Source: a plasmid
Sequence record: NZ_CP049149.1
DNA length: 64,000 nucleotides
Direction: 5' to 3' (one strand)
The notes under the pieces were generated by a model that did not search any database, was not told where the DNA came from, and saw only the letters and a program-made list of their open reading frames with translations. Below, one piece after another: positions 44,903-54,710 of this stretch. The position numbers and the translations under genes are program-made. Position 1 is the stretch's first letter, and each line of letters begins with the position of its first letter.

Positions 44903-45547
44903 ATGGATCTAAAACGCACACGCTGGGTACGCCGCCTTGAGGATGGCTCCTACACCATTGAGTCAAACACCAACCTGAACAAGCAGAAGCTCCTCTGTGA
45001 ACTGTGTGGCATTGCTTCCAAATGTCCGATTAACGAAGCGCGCATAAAACTACATGAGGCAGGCGCCCACTTTCACCTGAATAGCTGCATCAGATACGTG
45101 CCTCTGCTGGCATTTCGCAAACCGATCATCGGATTAGACGCGCCCTACTTCAACACGCTGCGCTCTGGCGTGACATGGCGAGACCGCGTCGAACCAGGAA
45201 AGCTTGTTTGTCTGGTGGAGGCTGATACTGGAAAGATCATCCGGTTTGGCAAAGTGGACAAGGTCTATTCCGGGCCGGTGGATGAGATGCTGCGTAAACA
45301 CAGCCGGTTCAACCATCTGTGTATGGGCGGAGAGAAGATCGAGAAGGTGAGCGAAGTTATCCGCAAATCTTACGGACACTTTCTCAAAGACGACAGCCTG
45401 CTGACGGCCATTTACGTCAAACACCTCGACCGGGAGTTCGACACCGAATATCACAGCGAGGAAGAGCTACATCTCGTTGACCCACGTCCAAAAGCAGGGG
45501 TGATCGACATCAACATAGCGCGTCAGAAGCCCTCAGAGACGATTTAA
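44903..45547 (+). CDS. Hypothetical protein
   Basis: 214-aa ORF with a CxxC pair. The first gene after the origin. Confidence 0.4.
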   Translation: MDLKRTRWVRRLEDGSYTIESNTNLNKQKLLCELCGIASKCPINEARIKLHEAGAHFHLNSCIRYVPLLAFRKPIIGLDAPYFNTLRSGVTWRDRVEPGKLVCLVEADTGKIIRFGKVDKVYSGPVDEMLRKHSRFNHLCMGGEKIEKVSEVIRKSYGHFLKDDSLLTAIYVKHLDREFDTEYHSEEELHLVDPRPKAGVIDINIARQKPSETI

Positions 45548-46157
45548 TTACAAAGCCATGTCTTTGGGTGGCAAGAAAACATCGCGTCTCACAGAAGCGT
45601 TTAGCGCTACGGGAATTTGAAACGGGAGCAACCCATACGGGTTGCCCTGAAACTTTAATCGCAGGTGGTTTTGCCAGTTCCATCGGGATAGGTGATGGCT
45701 TCACAAGATTTGCCATTAAAAAGCTGTAGCTCCGAATCGTTCCGTCAGGGTCTCTTTCCGTATAGGACTCCAGTTTTTTCGGATCAGCGTTCCTGCGGCG
45801 CGCTTCTTTCAGTCTGTATTGTGCCTTGTACATCTCCTTGTAGGCTTGTTCTGTGCGCTTCATCTTGATCTCATATGCCTCTTTACTGCCGAGATAAGCG
45901 GCCATTTCGAGGTCACAGTTGAAGCTAATTTTTGGATCTGGTGAGGCATATTTGCCCAGCACTTCCTTTAAGTCATTGTCGTTAGAGACAAAGTAGGCAT
46001 GGCTTCCACACAATTTGTCGGCTCTGTCCTGGGCAATGGCGACGCTTGAAGTGGAATAAATATCGACATTGCCACCAATGTACTTCTGATCTTTCGGTGG
46101 TGTGGACGCGCACCCAGCCAACCCGATTGCCAGTGTCGCCAAAATCACGCGTTTCAT
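45510..46157 (-). CDS. Lipoprotein, hypothetical
   Basis: RBS aaggag. MKRVILATLAIGLAGC lipobox. Confidence 0.45.
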   Translation of the reverse strand: MKRVILATLAIGLAGCASTPPKDQKYIGGNVDIYSTSSVAIAQDRADKLCGSHAYFVSNDNDLKEVLGKYASPDPKISFNCDLEMAAYLGSKEAYEIKMKRTEQAYKEMYKAQYRLKEARRRNADPKKLESYTERDPDGTIRSYSFLMANLVKPSPIPMELAKPPAIKVSGQPVWVAPVSNSRSAKRFCETRCFLATQRHGFVIKSSLRASDALC

Positions 46158-46382
46158 TGTTCTTCTCCTTGTTTCCATCAGCTTTGCTGAATGGCTGCGA
46201 TTATAGAGTGCGCTTTAACGGATATGAATGTTTGATACCATGTAAAAATAGGTATGTAATTACTTATATCTTTTGCGATAATCATGCGCCTATACATTTC
46301 CTTATGTGCCGTGCTGACCAGATTGTTCGCCTCTCAAGCACGCTTAGAATTTGTATCAAAACAACCACAAAGGAAAAGACAC

Positions 46383-47468
46383 ATGACTGTTCCATACGGG
46401 GTGATTTCAGATCCCCATTATCATCGTTGGGATGCTTTTGCGACAACTAACTCTGACGGTCTGAACTCCAGACTGGAGATTCAACTCGACGCAACCAAAG
46501 AAGCGGCGAGAGCCATGAAAGCGGCAGGATGCCAGTACATGCTGGTGGCTGGCGACACGTTCCATGTACGAGGCGCAGTATCACCTTCCGTTCTGCACTT
46601 TGTCACAGAAACCTACGAGTGGATCATCAAAGAGCTTGGCCTTGAAGTGGCTATGCTGGCCGGGAACCACGACCTCGAAACTAACGACTCTGTCTACAGC
46701 GCCAACGCTGCGGCGTCGTTGCGCTCGATTGGCGTGGAGATCGTCTGCGGCAAGCGTGCCCACTCCATCAAAATGGGTGACGTTACCGTTCATATGATGA
46801 GCTGGCGCAACAACCACGCGGAGCTTATCAGCGACCTCAAGACACTGCGTTCCGGGCTGTCTGGCGACAAGCATGACGTTGTAGTGCATACCTCGATCAA
46901 CAAAGCAATCCCAACGATGCCAGATGTGGGCATCGATGCGCAGGAGCTGAAAGACATTGGCTTCCGCCTGCTCTTGTCTGGCCATTACCACAATCACAAA
47001 GAAGTGCTGCCGGGTGTGGTGAGCATCGGCGCTCTGACACATCAGAATTGGGGCGATGTGGGGTCGCTGGCCGGTTTCATGATCGTGAACCCAGACGGCA
47101 CTTTCACCCACCACGAAACCTCGGCGCCCAAGTTCGTGAACCTGGAAGACGACGTCGACGATTCGCTGATCCGCGGCAACTACGTGCGCTTCCGCGCCGT
47201 CGTCGAAAGTGATGAAGAAGGCATCAAAATCCAGAACGTCCTTAAAACGATGGGAGCCAAAGGCGTCGTATGCAACTTCATCCGCAAGGCCTCAATGATG
47301 GAAGGCACTGCCAGCACCGCAGAGACCAGCAAGATTGACAGCCTGGGCGAGTCCGTTGCGGCCTACTGCAAGATCGTCCACGACACAGACGGCGGCTTCG
47401 ACCTGAGCAAACTGGACATGTTGTGTCAGGAAATCCTGACCGAAGCAGAGAGTGCGGAGGCAGTGTGA
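46383..47468 (+). CDS. SbcD/Mre11-like nuclease (T4 gp47-like)
   Basis: Calcineurin-like phosphoesterase motifs DPHYH, GDTFH and GNHD. Confidence 0.7.
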   Translation: MTVPYGVISDPHYHRWDAFATTNSDGLNSRLEIQLDATKEAARAMKAAGCQYMLVAGDTFHVRGAVSPSVLHFVTETYEWIIKELGLEVAMLAGNHDLETNDSVYSANAAASLRSIGVEIVCGKRAHSIKMGDVTVHMMSWRNNHAELISDLKTLRSGLSGDKHDVVVHTSINKAIPTMPDVGIDAQELKDIGFRLLLSGHYHNHKEVLPGVVSIGALTHQNWGDVGSLAGFMIVNPDGTFTHHETSAPKFVNLEDDVDDSLIRGNYVRFRAVVESDEEGIKIQNVLKTMGAKGVVCNFIRKASMMEGTASTAETSKIDSLGESVAAYCKIVHDTDGGFDLSKLDMLCQEILTEAESAEAV

Positions 47469-47701
47469 TGACGACCGGTTCTGCGGGCTTTTACGACTAT
47501 GCGAGCGCAATGGAGAGGCTTGCTCGTGGGCAGACCGTGATGGTTCACAAGCCCTACCCGTCTGGTGGGAATCCCCTGGCGTTTTATCTGGGAAGACTGA
47601 CAGAACAAGGTGTGTTGAAGCGCCAGTCTTTTCCGGCTCACACAGAGTTCAGATTACAAAAAGGTCAAAAACTGACGCGTAAGATCAGAGGCGTTAAATG
47701 A
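47468..47701 (+). CDS. Small hypothetical protein between sbcD and sbcC
   Basis: 77-aa ORF with ATGA overlaps at both ends. Confidence 0.3.
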   Translation: MTTGSAGFYDYASAMERLARGQTVMVHKPYPSGGNPLAFYLGRLTEQGVLKRQSFPAHTEFRLQKGQKLTRKIRGVK

Positions 47702-49614
47702 AATTTTTAAAGCTCACCGTTGAGAATTTTATGGCGCTGGCCATCGCCGAAGTCGAACTGGATCAGCGCGGGCTGGTGCTCATCCAGGGCGTTAACAGCG
47801 GCGACTCTTCCGCAGCCAGCAATGGCGCGGGCAAATCGACCCTGATGAACAGCTTGATGTGGTGTCTTTATGGCGAAACAGCGCATGGCGTAAAGGGTGA
47901 CGATGTGCTGTCGACGGGGCATGAGAAAAACTGTCGAGTCATGGTCACAATCGAAGACGAGGGTAAGCGTTACGCCATCATTCGTCATCGCAAACACAAA
48001 GAGTTCAAAAACCGGCTGATCGTGCGTGGCGAAGACGGCGACATGACCAAAGGCAAGGATACGCTGACGCAGGAGTTTGTAGAGCGTCTGATTGGCGCGT
48101 CAAAAGAGGTCTTCATGGCTTCCATATACGCCAGTCAGGAAGCCATGCCAGATCTGCCAGGCATGTCCGATAAAAACCTCAAAACCATCGTGGAGGAAGC
48201 TGCTGGTGTCGACCGCCTGACTCGGGCCTATGCCATCGCTCGCGAACGTGCCAACGCGGCCGCAGCGCGCATGGACGTCACCAAATCCAAAATGGATGCC
48301 TGTCTCACACTTATTGAGACGGCGCAGGCGGAAATTGAATCTGCCAAAACCTCATCTGAAAGCTGGGAGCGTGAGCGTGGCGAACGTCTGGATAAGGCTC
48401 GCGTCGACTTGGCCGGTGCGGAAGTCACGCTGGCCGAGGTCGTGATGGAAATGCGCACGCTGCCAGAGCAAATTCGCGATACAGAAAACGCTATCGCCAC
48501 CGAACGAGAGAAGCTGGCCTCTAAAGAAGAGCATGATGCGAAGCTACTGAAGGTGCGTGGCGCTGTCACTGAGATCCGCGCCAATATCCGCACAGCAGAG
48601 GCCGCACAAAATGACGCCATGAGTCGTGCTCGTGCATTCAAAACCAAAGCGGAGGAGGTTAACACCAAAGTTGGAGCGCCCTGCTCTACGTGTGGCAAAC
48701 CTTACTGCGAAGAAGATTTATCAACCGTGAAGGAGGGGTTAATTGAACAGGCTCGCAATGAGATCAGCCAGGCGCAGGCATTTGCAACGGCAGTGGCTCA
48801 ACACAAAACGCGTCTTGAAAAGGCGCTCGGAATCGAATCCGCTCTTGTCGCAGCAACCCCCGACGTGTCTGCCATCATTGCCAAAATCGAACGACTGACA
48901 AATGAGCTGAGTGCATTACGCCATCGCGAACGCGAACTGTCGGCTGTTGAAGCGCTGGTCGCGAGAGCGCGCAATGAGGTCAATCGCATTATCGCTGAAG
49001 CCAACCCATTCATTGCGGTCATTAAACGCCATGAAGAGAACCTGGCTGCCAATAAATCTAATTATGCAGTACTTAAAACTGAGTTAAATAATATTCAGGA
49101 GCAGGCTTTGCTGTTAGAGAAAGCTCGCCAGGTTTACTCACCAGCTGGCGTTCGCTCTCACATCCTGACCTCCGTCACGCCTTTCCTGAACGTCAGGACA
49201 GCGGAATACCTCAACACGCTTTCAGACGGCAATATCGTGGCTGAATGGTCAACGATGGAGACAACCAAGAAAGGTGAATATCGCGACAAGTTCAATATCA
49301 GCGTGACGAAAACAGGTTCCAGCAAATCCTTCCAGACACTATCAGGTGGCGAAAAACGTAAGGTGCGCATTGCGTGCTCGCTGGCTCTGCAAGATCTGGT
49401 TGCCAGTCGCGCGAGCAAGAGCATAGAGCTGTTTATCGGCGACGAGATCGACGACGCGCTCGATACAGCGGGGCTGGAGCGTCTCATGGGGATTCTGGAG
49501 TCCAAAGCGCGCGAGCGCGGCACAGTCATGATTATCTCGCACAAAGAGATGAAGTCCTGGTTCCGGGAAACCATTACTGTCGAAGTGAAAGAGGGGCGCA
49601 GCTATGTCGTTTAA
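47698..49614 (+). CDS. SbcC/Rad50-like ATPase (T4 gp46-like)
   Basis: Walker A NGAGKSTLMNSL. Coiled-coil with a CxxC zinc hook (CSTCGKPYC). Signature LSGGEKRKV. Walker B DEIDDALD. Confidence 0.7.
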   Translation: MKFLKLTVENFMALAIAEVELDQRGLVLIQGVNSGDSSAASNGAGKSTLMNSLMWCLYGETAHGVKGDDVLSTGHEKNCRVMVTIEDEGKRYAIIRHRKHKEFKNRLIVRGEDGDMTKGKDTLTQEFVERLIGASKEVFMASIYASQEAMPDLPGMSDKNLKTIVEEAAGVDRLTRAYAIARERANAAAARMDVTKSKMDACLTLIETAQAEIESAKTSSESWERERGERLDKARVDLAGAEVTLAEVVMEMRTLPEQIRDTENAIATEREKLASKEEHDAKLLKVRGAVTEIRANIRTAEAAQNDAMSRARAFKTKAEEVNTKVGAPCSTCGKPYCEEDLSTVKEGLIEQARNEISQAQAFATAVAQHKTRLEKALGIESALVAATPDVSAIIAKIERLTNELSALRHRERELSAVEALVARARNEVNRIIAEANPFIAVIKRHEENLAANKSNYAVLKTELNNIQEQALLLEKARQVYSPAGVRSHILTSVTPFLNVRTAEYLNTLSDGNIVAEWSTMETTKKGEYRDKFNISVTKTGSSKSFQTLSGGEKRKVRIACSLALQDLVASRASKSIELFIGDEIDDALDTAGLERLMGILESKARERGTVMIISHKEMKSWFRETITVEVKEGRSYVV

Positions 49615-50350
49615 TCTGAGCCGCTCGCAGTTCCTGCAAATGTTCGCTGTGATGCAGTCGATTAAGCTGATAAACAGCCACACCGCGATAAACAGGCCGC
49701 TGGGGCTTTGCTGGCAAAACAGCAATATCAGTGAAGAGCAGTTCTCGGCACTGGTAGATCTGCTGTCGAGAACGCCGGTGATGCCAAATCTTGATGAGCT
49801 GCCGTCAGGAAGCACAGCCCCAATCCTCATCAACCCATTCGCGGAAGGTGGATACCTTCCGCACACAGGGCCAGGTTTTGTGGTTATCCCTGAAACTGAT
49901 GGTCTGAACATCACAGAGAATGCGCTCTTCGGGGCGATAGCGGCGCACATTAGCACTGCCTTCGCCAACATGACACGTTACGTCAATATGCGCGCAACGC
50001 ACATCACCATGCCTGGTGAGGCGTTTTCCAGCTTCGACATTGAGCTGGACACCTCTCACCCTGTAGTGGGGAGCGCCAGGCTATGTTTTGGCTGTGAGGA
50101 TGGCAGTGTCGCAGCGGTGGAAGTTGTGCTGCCCTATGTGTTTCAAGCGAACAAAGAGGATGCGCGCCAGCTCATCGATATCATGCGCCATTTTATCGGG
50201 CAGAGCATGATCGACTCTGATATTGCTGCCGGTGTGCTGACCAGTGACAGCGTTAGTGTGATGGGTGGTGTTTATGAGCCTGTTCGTCGTGAACCGGTAA
50301 AGACTCTTGAGCAGAAGTTAATGGAATGCCCTATGTGGGCAACATGGTAA
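49604..50350 (+). CDS. Hypothetical protein
   Basis: 248-aa ORF. Confidence 0.4.
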   Translation: MSFNLSRSQFLQMFAVMQSIKLINSHTAINRPLGLCWQNSNISEEQFSALVDLLSRTPVMPNLDELPSGSTAPILINPFAEGGYLPHTGPGFVVIPETDGLNITENALFGAIAAHISTAFANMTRYVNMRATHITMPGEAFSSFDIELDTSHPVVGSARLCFGCEDGSVAAVEVVLPYVFQANKEDARQLIDIMRHFIGQSMIDSDIAAGVLTSDSVSVMGGVYEPVRREPVKTLEQKLMECPMWATW

Positions 50351-50359
50351 GGAGACTAA

Positions 50360-50929
50360 ATGAGTAAAGTGATTCGCGTGGTCGGTGTCGACCCGTCAAT
50401 GAGCAACTTCGGCCTGGCGGTTGGCACGCTGGATCTGGAAACAGACAAGCTCAACATTCACGGCCTGACGCTGGTAGAAACCAAAGCTGGCGGCAACAAA
50501 AAGACCGTTCGCGTTAACAGTGACGATCTGCGCCGCGCCAATGAAATCTGGCGCACAGCCAAGCCCATCATTGAGCAGGCGCATATGGTGTTCTGTGAGC
50601 TGCCGGTTGGCAGTCAATCCTCGCGCGCCCAGACCTCATACGGTGTCTGTATTGGCGTGCTGGCGTGCGTGGATAAGCCGCTGATTCAGGTTACGCCAAA
50701 CGAGATCAAGCACTACGTGGGCAACAAGCTGACCACGTCTAAAGAGGAAATCATTCAGTGGGCGGTTCAGCAGCAGCCAGACGCCCCGTGGCTCCGCAGA
50801 AAGCAATCTGGCAGGGATGTCATGGTCGCCAAAAACGAACATCTTGCGGATGCCGTCGCTGCGATCTACACCGGTATGCAGACCGATCAGTTTCGTCAGG
50901 TTCGTGATGTTCTCTCCGGCATTTTATAA
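50360..50929 (+). CDS. RuvC-like Holliday junction resolvase candidate
   Basis: N-terminus VIRVVGVDPSMSNFGLAV resembles the RuvC ILGIDPG..GYGV motif. 189 aa. Confidence 0.45.
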   Translation: MSKVIRVVGVDPSMSNFGLAVGTLDLETDKLNIHGLTLVETKAGGNKKTVRVNSDDLRRANEIWRTAKPIIEQAHMVFCELPVGSQSSRAQTSYGVCIGVLACVDKPLIQVTPNEIKHYVGNKLTTSKEEIIQWAVQQQPDAPWLRRKQSGRDVMVAKNEHLADAVAAIYTGMQTDQFRQVRDVLSGIL

Positions 50930-50967
50930 GTCCGATATTGATAGATAAGTGCTTATCTAATAACATT

Positions 50968-50998
50968 AAGCCACTACATATAGTGGCTTTTTTTTTTG
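50968..50998 (+). terminator. Rho-independent terminator
   Basis: aagccactacatatagtggcttttttttttgg. Confidence 0.55.
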
Positions 50999-51006
50999 GA
51001 GGACAC

Positions 51007-53355
51007 ATGATAACCATCGTTAAACGTAACGGTTCAACTGAGCCGCTGTCAGAGGAAAAATATAATCGCGTTGTGATGTGGGGCGTAGAGAACATTCGCA
51101 ACGTTAGCGCGTCTGCCATCGCTATGGGCGCAGCCGCAAGCATTTTTGATGGTATGACCACCAGCCAGCTGCATGAGGCTCTGGTGAAGTCAGCTGCCGA
51201 TTTAATCTCTAAAGAGACTCCGAACTATTCCCAGGTTGCGGCGCGTCTGAGCCTGTTCAAGATCCGCAAAGATGCGTTCGGCCAGTACGCTTACCCACAC
51301 TTCTATCACCACATTGTGAGCAACGTTAGCCGCAGTGTTTATGATGAAGAGCTGCTGAAATCCTACACTCGTGAGGAAATCGACGAGCTGGGTGCCTACA
51401 TCAAGCCTATGCGCGACGAGTTTTTCAGCTATGCCGCCACCGTTCAGCTGGCCAGCAAGTACCTTGTTCAGAACCGCGTTACTGGTCAGGTTTATGAGGC
51501 GCCGCAGCAGCTCTATATGCTGGTGGCCATGTGCCTGTTCCAGAATTGGGAAGATGGCTGTGCGGGCAAATCTCGACTGGAGATGGTCAAAGGCTTCTAT
51601 GACGTCACCAGTACCTTCAAACTCTCTCTGCCAACACCCATCATGGCCGGTGCTCGTACTCCGACTCGCCAGTTCTCCAGCTGTGTGCTGATTGAGGCAG
51701 AAGACAGCCTGAAAGGGGTTAGCGCTGCATCTGCTGCGATTATTGACTATGTATCGCGCCGTGCAGGTATTGGCATCGGCTTTGGTCGTCTGCGTGCGCT
51801 GGGCAGTGAGATCCGCAATGGCGAAGCTATCCACACTGGCGTTATCCCGTTCCTGAAACATTTCCAGACCGCAGTGAAGTCTTGCTCCCAGGGCGGCGTT
51901 CGTGGCGGCGCGGCGACAGCGTACTACCCAATCTGGCACCTCGAAGTTGAGAGCCTTTTGGTAGTGAAAAACAACCGGGGTGTTGAGGAAAACCGCGTCC
52001 GTCACCTGGACTATGGCGTGATGATAAACCGTCTGATGTATCGCCGTCTGGTACGCAACGAAAACATCACTCTTTTCAGCCCACATGATGTACCGGACCT
52101 GTACGATGCGTTTTTTGCCGATCAGGACAAATTTGAAGAGCTGTATGCACAGTACGAAGCAGATGAGAGCATTCGTAAGAAGTCGATTCCGGCTGTGGAA
52201 CTGTTCTCTACGCTGTTGCAGGAACGTGCTTCTACTGGCCGCGTGTATATCGCCAACGTTGACCATATGAACGAGCACGGGTCTTTCGATCCGGAAGTTG
52301 CGCCGGTTCGCCAGTCCAACCTCTGCGCGGAGATCACGCTGCCAACCAAACCGCTGGCTTACACTGACGATCCGAATGGTGAAATCGCGCTTTGCACCCT
52401 GTCTGCCTTTAACCTCGGGGCAATCGACTCTCTGGACAGCCTGAAAGATGTCGCGTTCTATGCGGTTGCGGCTCTGGATTCACTGCTGGACTATCAGGAC
52501 TACCCGCTGGCTGCTGCCGAAGTTCCGGCAAAAGCACGTCGTAGCCTCGGCATCGGCGTAACCAACTTCGCCTACTATCTGGCCAAGAACGGCTTCAACT
52601 ACTCCGACGCCGCTGGCAACCAGCTGGTGCATGAGACGTTTGAAGCGATCCAGTATTACCTCCTCGATGCAAGCTGCCGCCTGGCTGAAGCCAAAGGCGC
52701 GTGTGAGTGGTTCTCCCACACCAAGTATGCGAAGGGGCTGCTGCCTGTAGACCATTACCGCAAGACGCTGGACGCCAATCCAGAAACGTCCTTCGAACTG
52801 AAAATGCCGTGGGAAGAGCTGCGTGGCCGCATTCTCAAGCATGGTCTGCGTAACTCGACGCTGTCTGCCCAGATGCCTTGCGAGACTTCCAGCCAGATCA
52901 CCAACTCCACCAATGGCATCGAGCCGCCGCGCGGTCCGGTTTCCGTCAAGTCTTCAAAAGACGGCATTGTGAAGATGGTTGTTCCGGATTTCGAGCAGCT
53001 GAAAGACCAGTACGAGTACCTCTGGGATATGCCGGACAACCACGGCTATCTGACGAAGGTGGCAATCATCCAGAAGTTCTTCGATCAGTCTATCTCGGCC
53101 AACACCAACTATGACCCGACTCGCTTCCCTGGCGACAAGGTTCCAATGATGAAGCTGCTTGAAGACTTGCTCTACGCGTACCAGCAGGGCGTCAAGTCCC
53201 TCTACTACCACAATACGCGTGATGGCGCTGGCAAGCGCGACGATGAAGAGTCTGCCTCTCCGGAGCCGACTGTGGTGGTCAAGCCCGAACCAGTGGCTGA
53301 ACCAGAACCCGTTGTTGAGCGAGAAGAAGAATACGACTGCGGTTGCAAGATCTGA
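51007..53355 (+). CDS. nrdA: Ribonucleotide reductase class Ia alpha subunit
   Basis: N-terminal ATP cone (MITIVKRNGSTEPL). Catalytic core (NLCAEI, PCETSS). C-terminal CxxC (YDCGC). RBS ggagg. Confidence 0.85.
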   Translation: MITIVKRNGSTEPLSEEKYNRVVMWGVENIRNVSASAIAMGAAASIFDGMTTSQLHEALVKSAADLISKETPNYSQVAARLSLFKIRKDAFGQYAYPHFYHHIVSNVSRSVYDEELLKSYTREEIDELGAYIKPMRDEFFSYAATVQLASKYLVQNRVTGQVYEAPQQLYMLVAMCLFQNWEDGCAGKSRLEMVKGFYDVTSTFKLSLPTPIMAGARTPTRQFSSCVLIEAEDSLKGVSAASAAIIDYVSRRAGIGIGFGRLRALGSEIRNGEAIHTGVIPFLKHFQTAVKSCSQGGVRGGAATAYYPIWHLEVESLLVVKNNRGVEENRVRHLDYGVMINRLMYRRLVRNENITLFSPHDVPDLYDAFFADQDKFEELYAQYEADESIRKKSIPAVELFSTLLQERASTGRVYIANVDHMNEHGSFDPEVAPVRQSNLCAEITLPTKPLAYTDDPNGEIALCTLSAFNLGAIDSLDSLKDVAFYAVAALDSLLDYQDYPLAAAEVPAKARRSLGIGVTNFAYYLAKNGFNYSDAAGNQLVHETFEAIQYYLLDASCRLAEAKGACEWFSHTKYAKGLLPVDHYRKTLDANPETSFELKMPWEELRGRILKHGLRNSTLSAQMPCETSSQITNSTNGIEPPRGPVSVKSSKDGIVKMVVPDFEQLKDQYEYLWDMPDNHGYLTKVAIIQKFFDQSISANTNYDPTRFPGDKVPMMKLLEDLLYAYQQGVKSLYYHNTRDGAGKRDDEESASPEPTVVVKPEPVAEPEPVVEREEEYDCGCKI

Positions 53356-53416
53356 TAAGCGTGGGGAGAAATCCCCACTTTTTCATTTTGTTGCACGCCT
53401 TATTTTCACCAATAAG

Positions 53417-53458
53417 ATAACAACTTGTTTTGATAGTCATTAAAACAAATTGTTAAAA
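53417..53458. promoter_or_regulatory. Two tandem copies of the palindromic motif (GATAACAACTTGTTTTGA and TAAAACAAATTGTTAAAA) upstream of nrdB
   Basis: AAAACAAnTTGTTT family. Confidence 0.35.
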
Positions 53459-53486
53459 CCATTCGATAACATTCAAAGGGAAACAC

Positions 53487-54629
53487 ATGAGCTATTCCAC
53501 TTTCCGTTTGGGCGCTAACGACGCAACAAAAGAGCCAATGTTCCTCGGGCAGTCCGTGAACGTGGCGCGCTACGATCAGCAGAAATACCGTGACTTCGAA
53601 AAGCTGATTGAAAAACAGCTCTCTTTCTTCTGGCGTCCTGAAGAGGTCGATATCACCACTGACCGCATCGACTTCAACAATAAGCTGCAAGAGCACGAGC
53701 GTCATATTTTTCTGAGCAACCTGCGTTACCAAACGCTTCTGGACTCCGTTCAGGGTCGCAGCCCAAACGCGACTCTGCTGCCGCTGATCTCCATTCCTGA
53801 GCTGGAAACGTGGGTTGAGACCTGGTCGTTCTCTGAAACTATTCACAGCCGTAGCTATACGCACATCATCCGCGGCATGGTGGACGATCCGAGCACCGTC
53901 TTCGATGGCATAGTGGCTGATGAAGAGATTATCAGCCGGGCTATCAGCATCTCTTCCGAGTATGACAAGCTCTATGACATGACCTGCGCGCGCCAGCATC
54001 TCGGCGAGGATGAGTTCGAGCGCCTGTATGCTGCGGATTTCGACGGAAAGCCCTACCCTCTTCACCGTCAGCTGTTCCGTACACTGGTCTCCATCAATTC
54101 GCTTGAGGCGATCCGCTTCTATGTGAGCTTCGCGTGTACGTTCGCTTTTGGCGAGCGAAAACTGCTGGAAGGTAACACCAAAATCATGCGCTTCATTGCG
54201 CGCGATGAGGCACTTCACTGTGAAGGTACTGAGCGTATGCTCCGCTTCATGCGCACCGGCCGTGAGGGGCTGCTGTGGAAGCAAATCGCTGCTGAGGAGG
54301 AGAATTACATCTATCAGACCATGATGGATGTGGCAGGACAGGAAATGCGCTGGGCTGACTATCTGTTCAAAGATGGTTCGATGATTGGTCTGAACGCGGA
54401 AATCCTCAAGACCTATGTAAAATACCGCACCAACCTGGCAATGCGTCGCCTGGGTCTGAACCCACTGTTCCCGGAAATCAAAGACGATCCGCTGGTGTGG
54501 ATGAACAAATGGCTGTTCTCCGACACGCTGCAAATTGCCCCGCAGGAAGCAGAGCAAAGCACCTATCTCGTTGGTCAGATTGACTCGACTGTCGACCGCG
54601 CAGGTCTGAACCAGTTCGCTGACCTTTAA
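53487..54629 (+). CDS. nrdB: Ribonucleotide reductase class Ia beta subunit
   Basis: Di-iron ligands and tyrosyl radical region (...[19 protein letters not shown]..., ...RDEALHCEG...). 380 aa. Confidence 0.85.
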   Translation: MSYSTFRLGANDATKEPMFLGQSVNVARYDQQKYRDFEKLIEKQLSFFWRPEEVDITTDRIDFNNKLQEHERHIFLSNLRYQTLLDSVQGRSPNATLLPLISIPELETWVETWSFSETIHSRSYTHIIRGMVDDPSTVFDGIVADEEIISRAISISSEYDKLYDMTCARQHLGEDEFERLYAADFDGKPYPLHRQLFRTLVSINSLEAIRFYVSFACTFAFGERKLLEGNTKIMRFIARDEALHCEGTERMLRFMRTGREGLLWKQIAAEEENYIYQTMMDVAGQEMRWADYLFKDGSMIGLNAEILKTYVKYRTNLAMRRLGLNPLFPEIKDDPLVWMNKWLFSDTLQIAPQEAEQSTYLVGQIDSTVDRAGLNQFADL

Positions 54630-54710
54630 AATCCGCTCTCATCGTTTTGTGGCCTGGCTGAGCTGGGTCACAATCCATGCATCAAATGAAGTTCTAAGGA
54701 AAGAAAAGAC

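Noticed and set aside
51202-54557. Long minus-strand ORFs inside nrdA (51202-52278) and nrdB (53406-54557)
   Set aside because: The sense-strand genes match NrdA and NrdB collinearly. The antisense ORFs are a by-product of codon bias and have no motifs.
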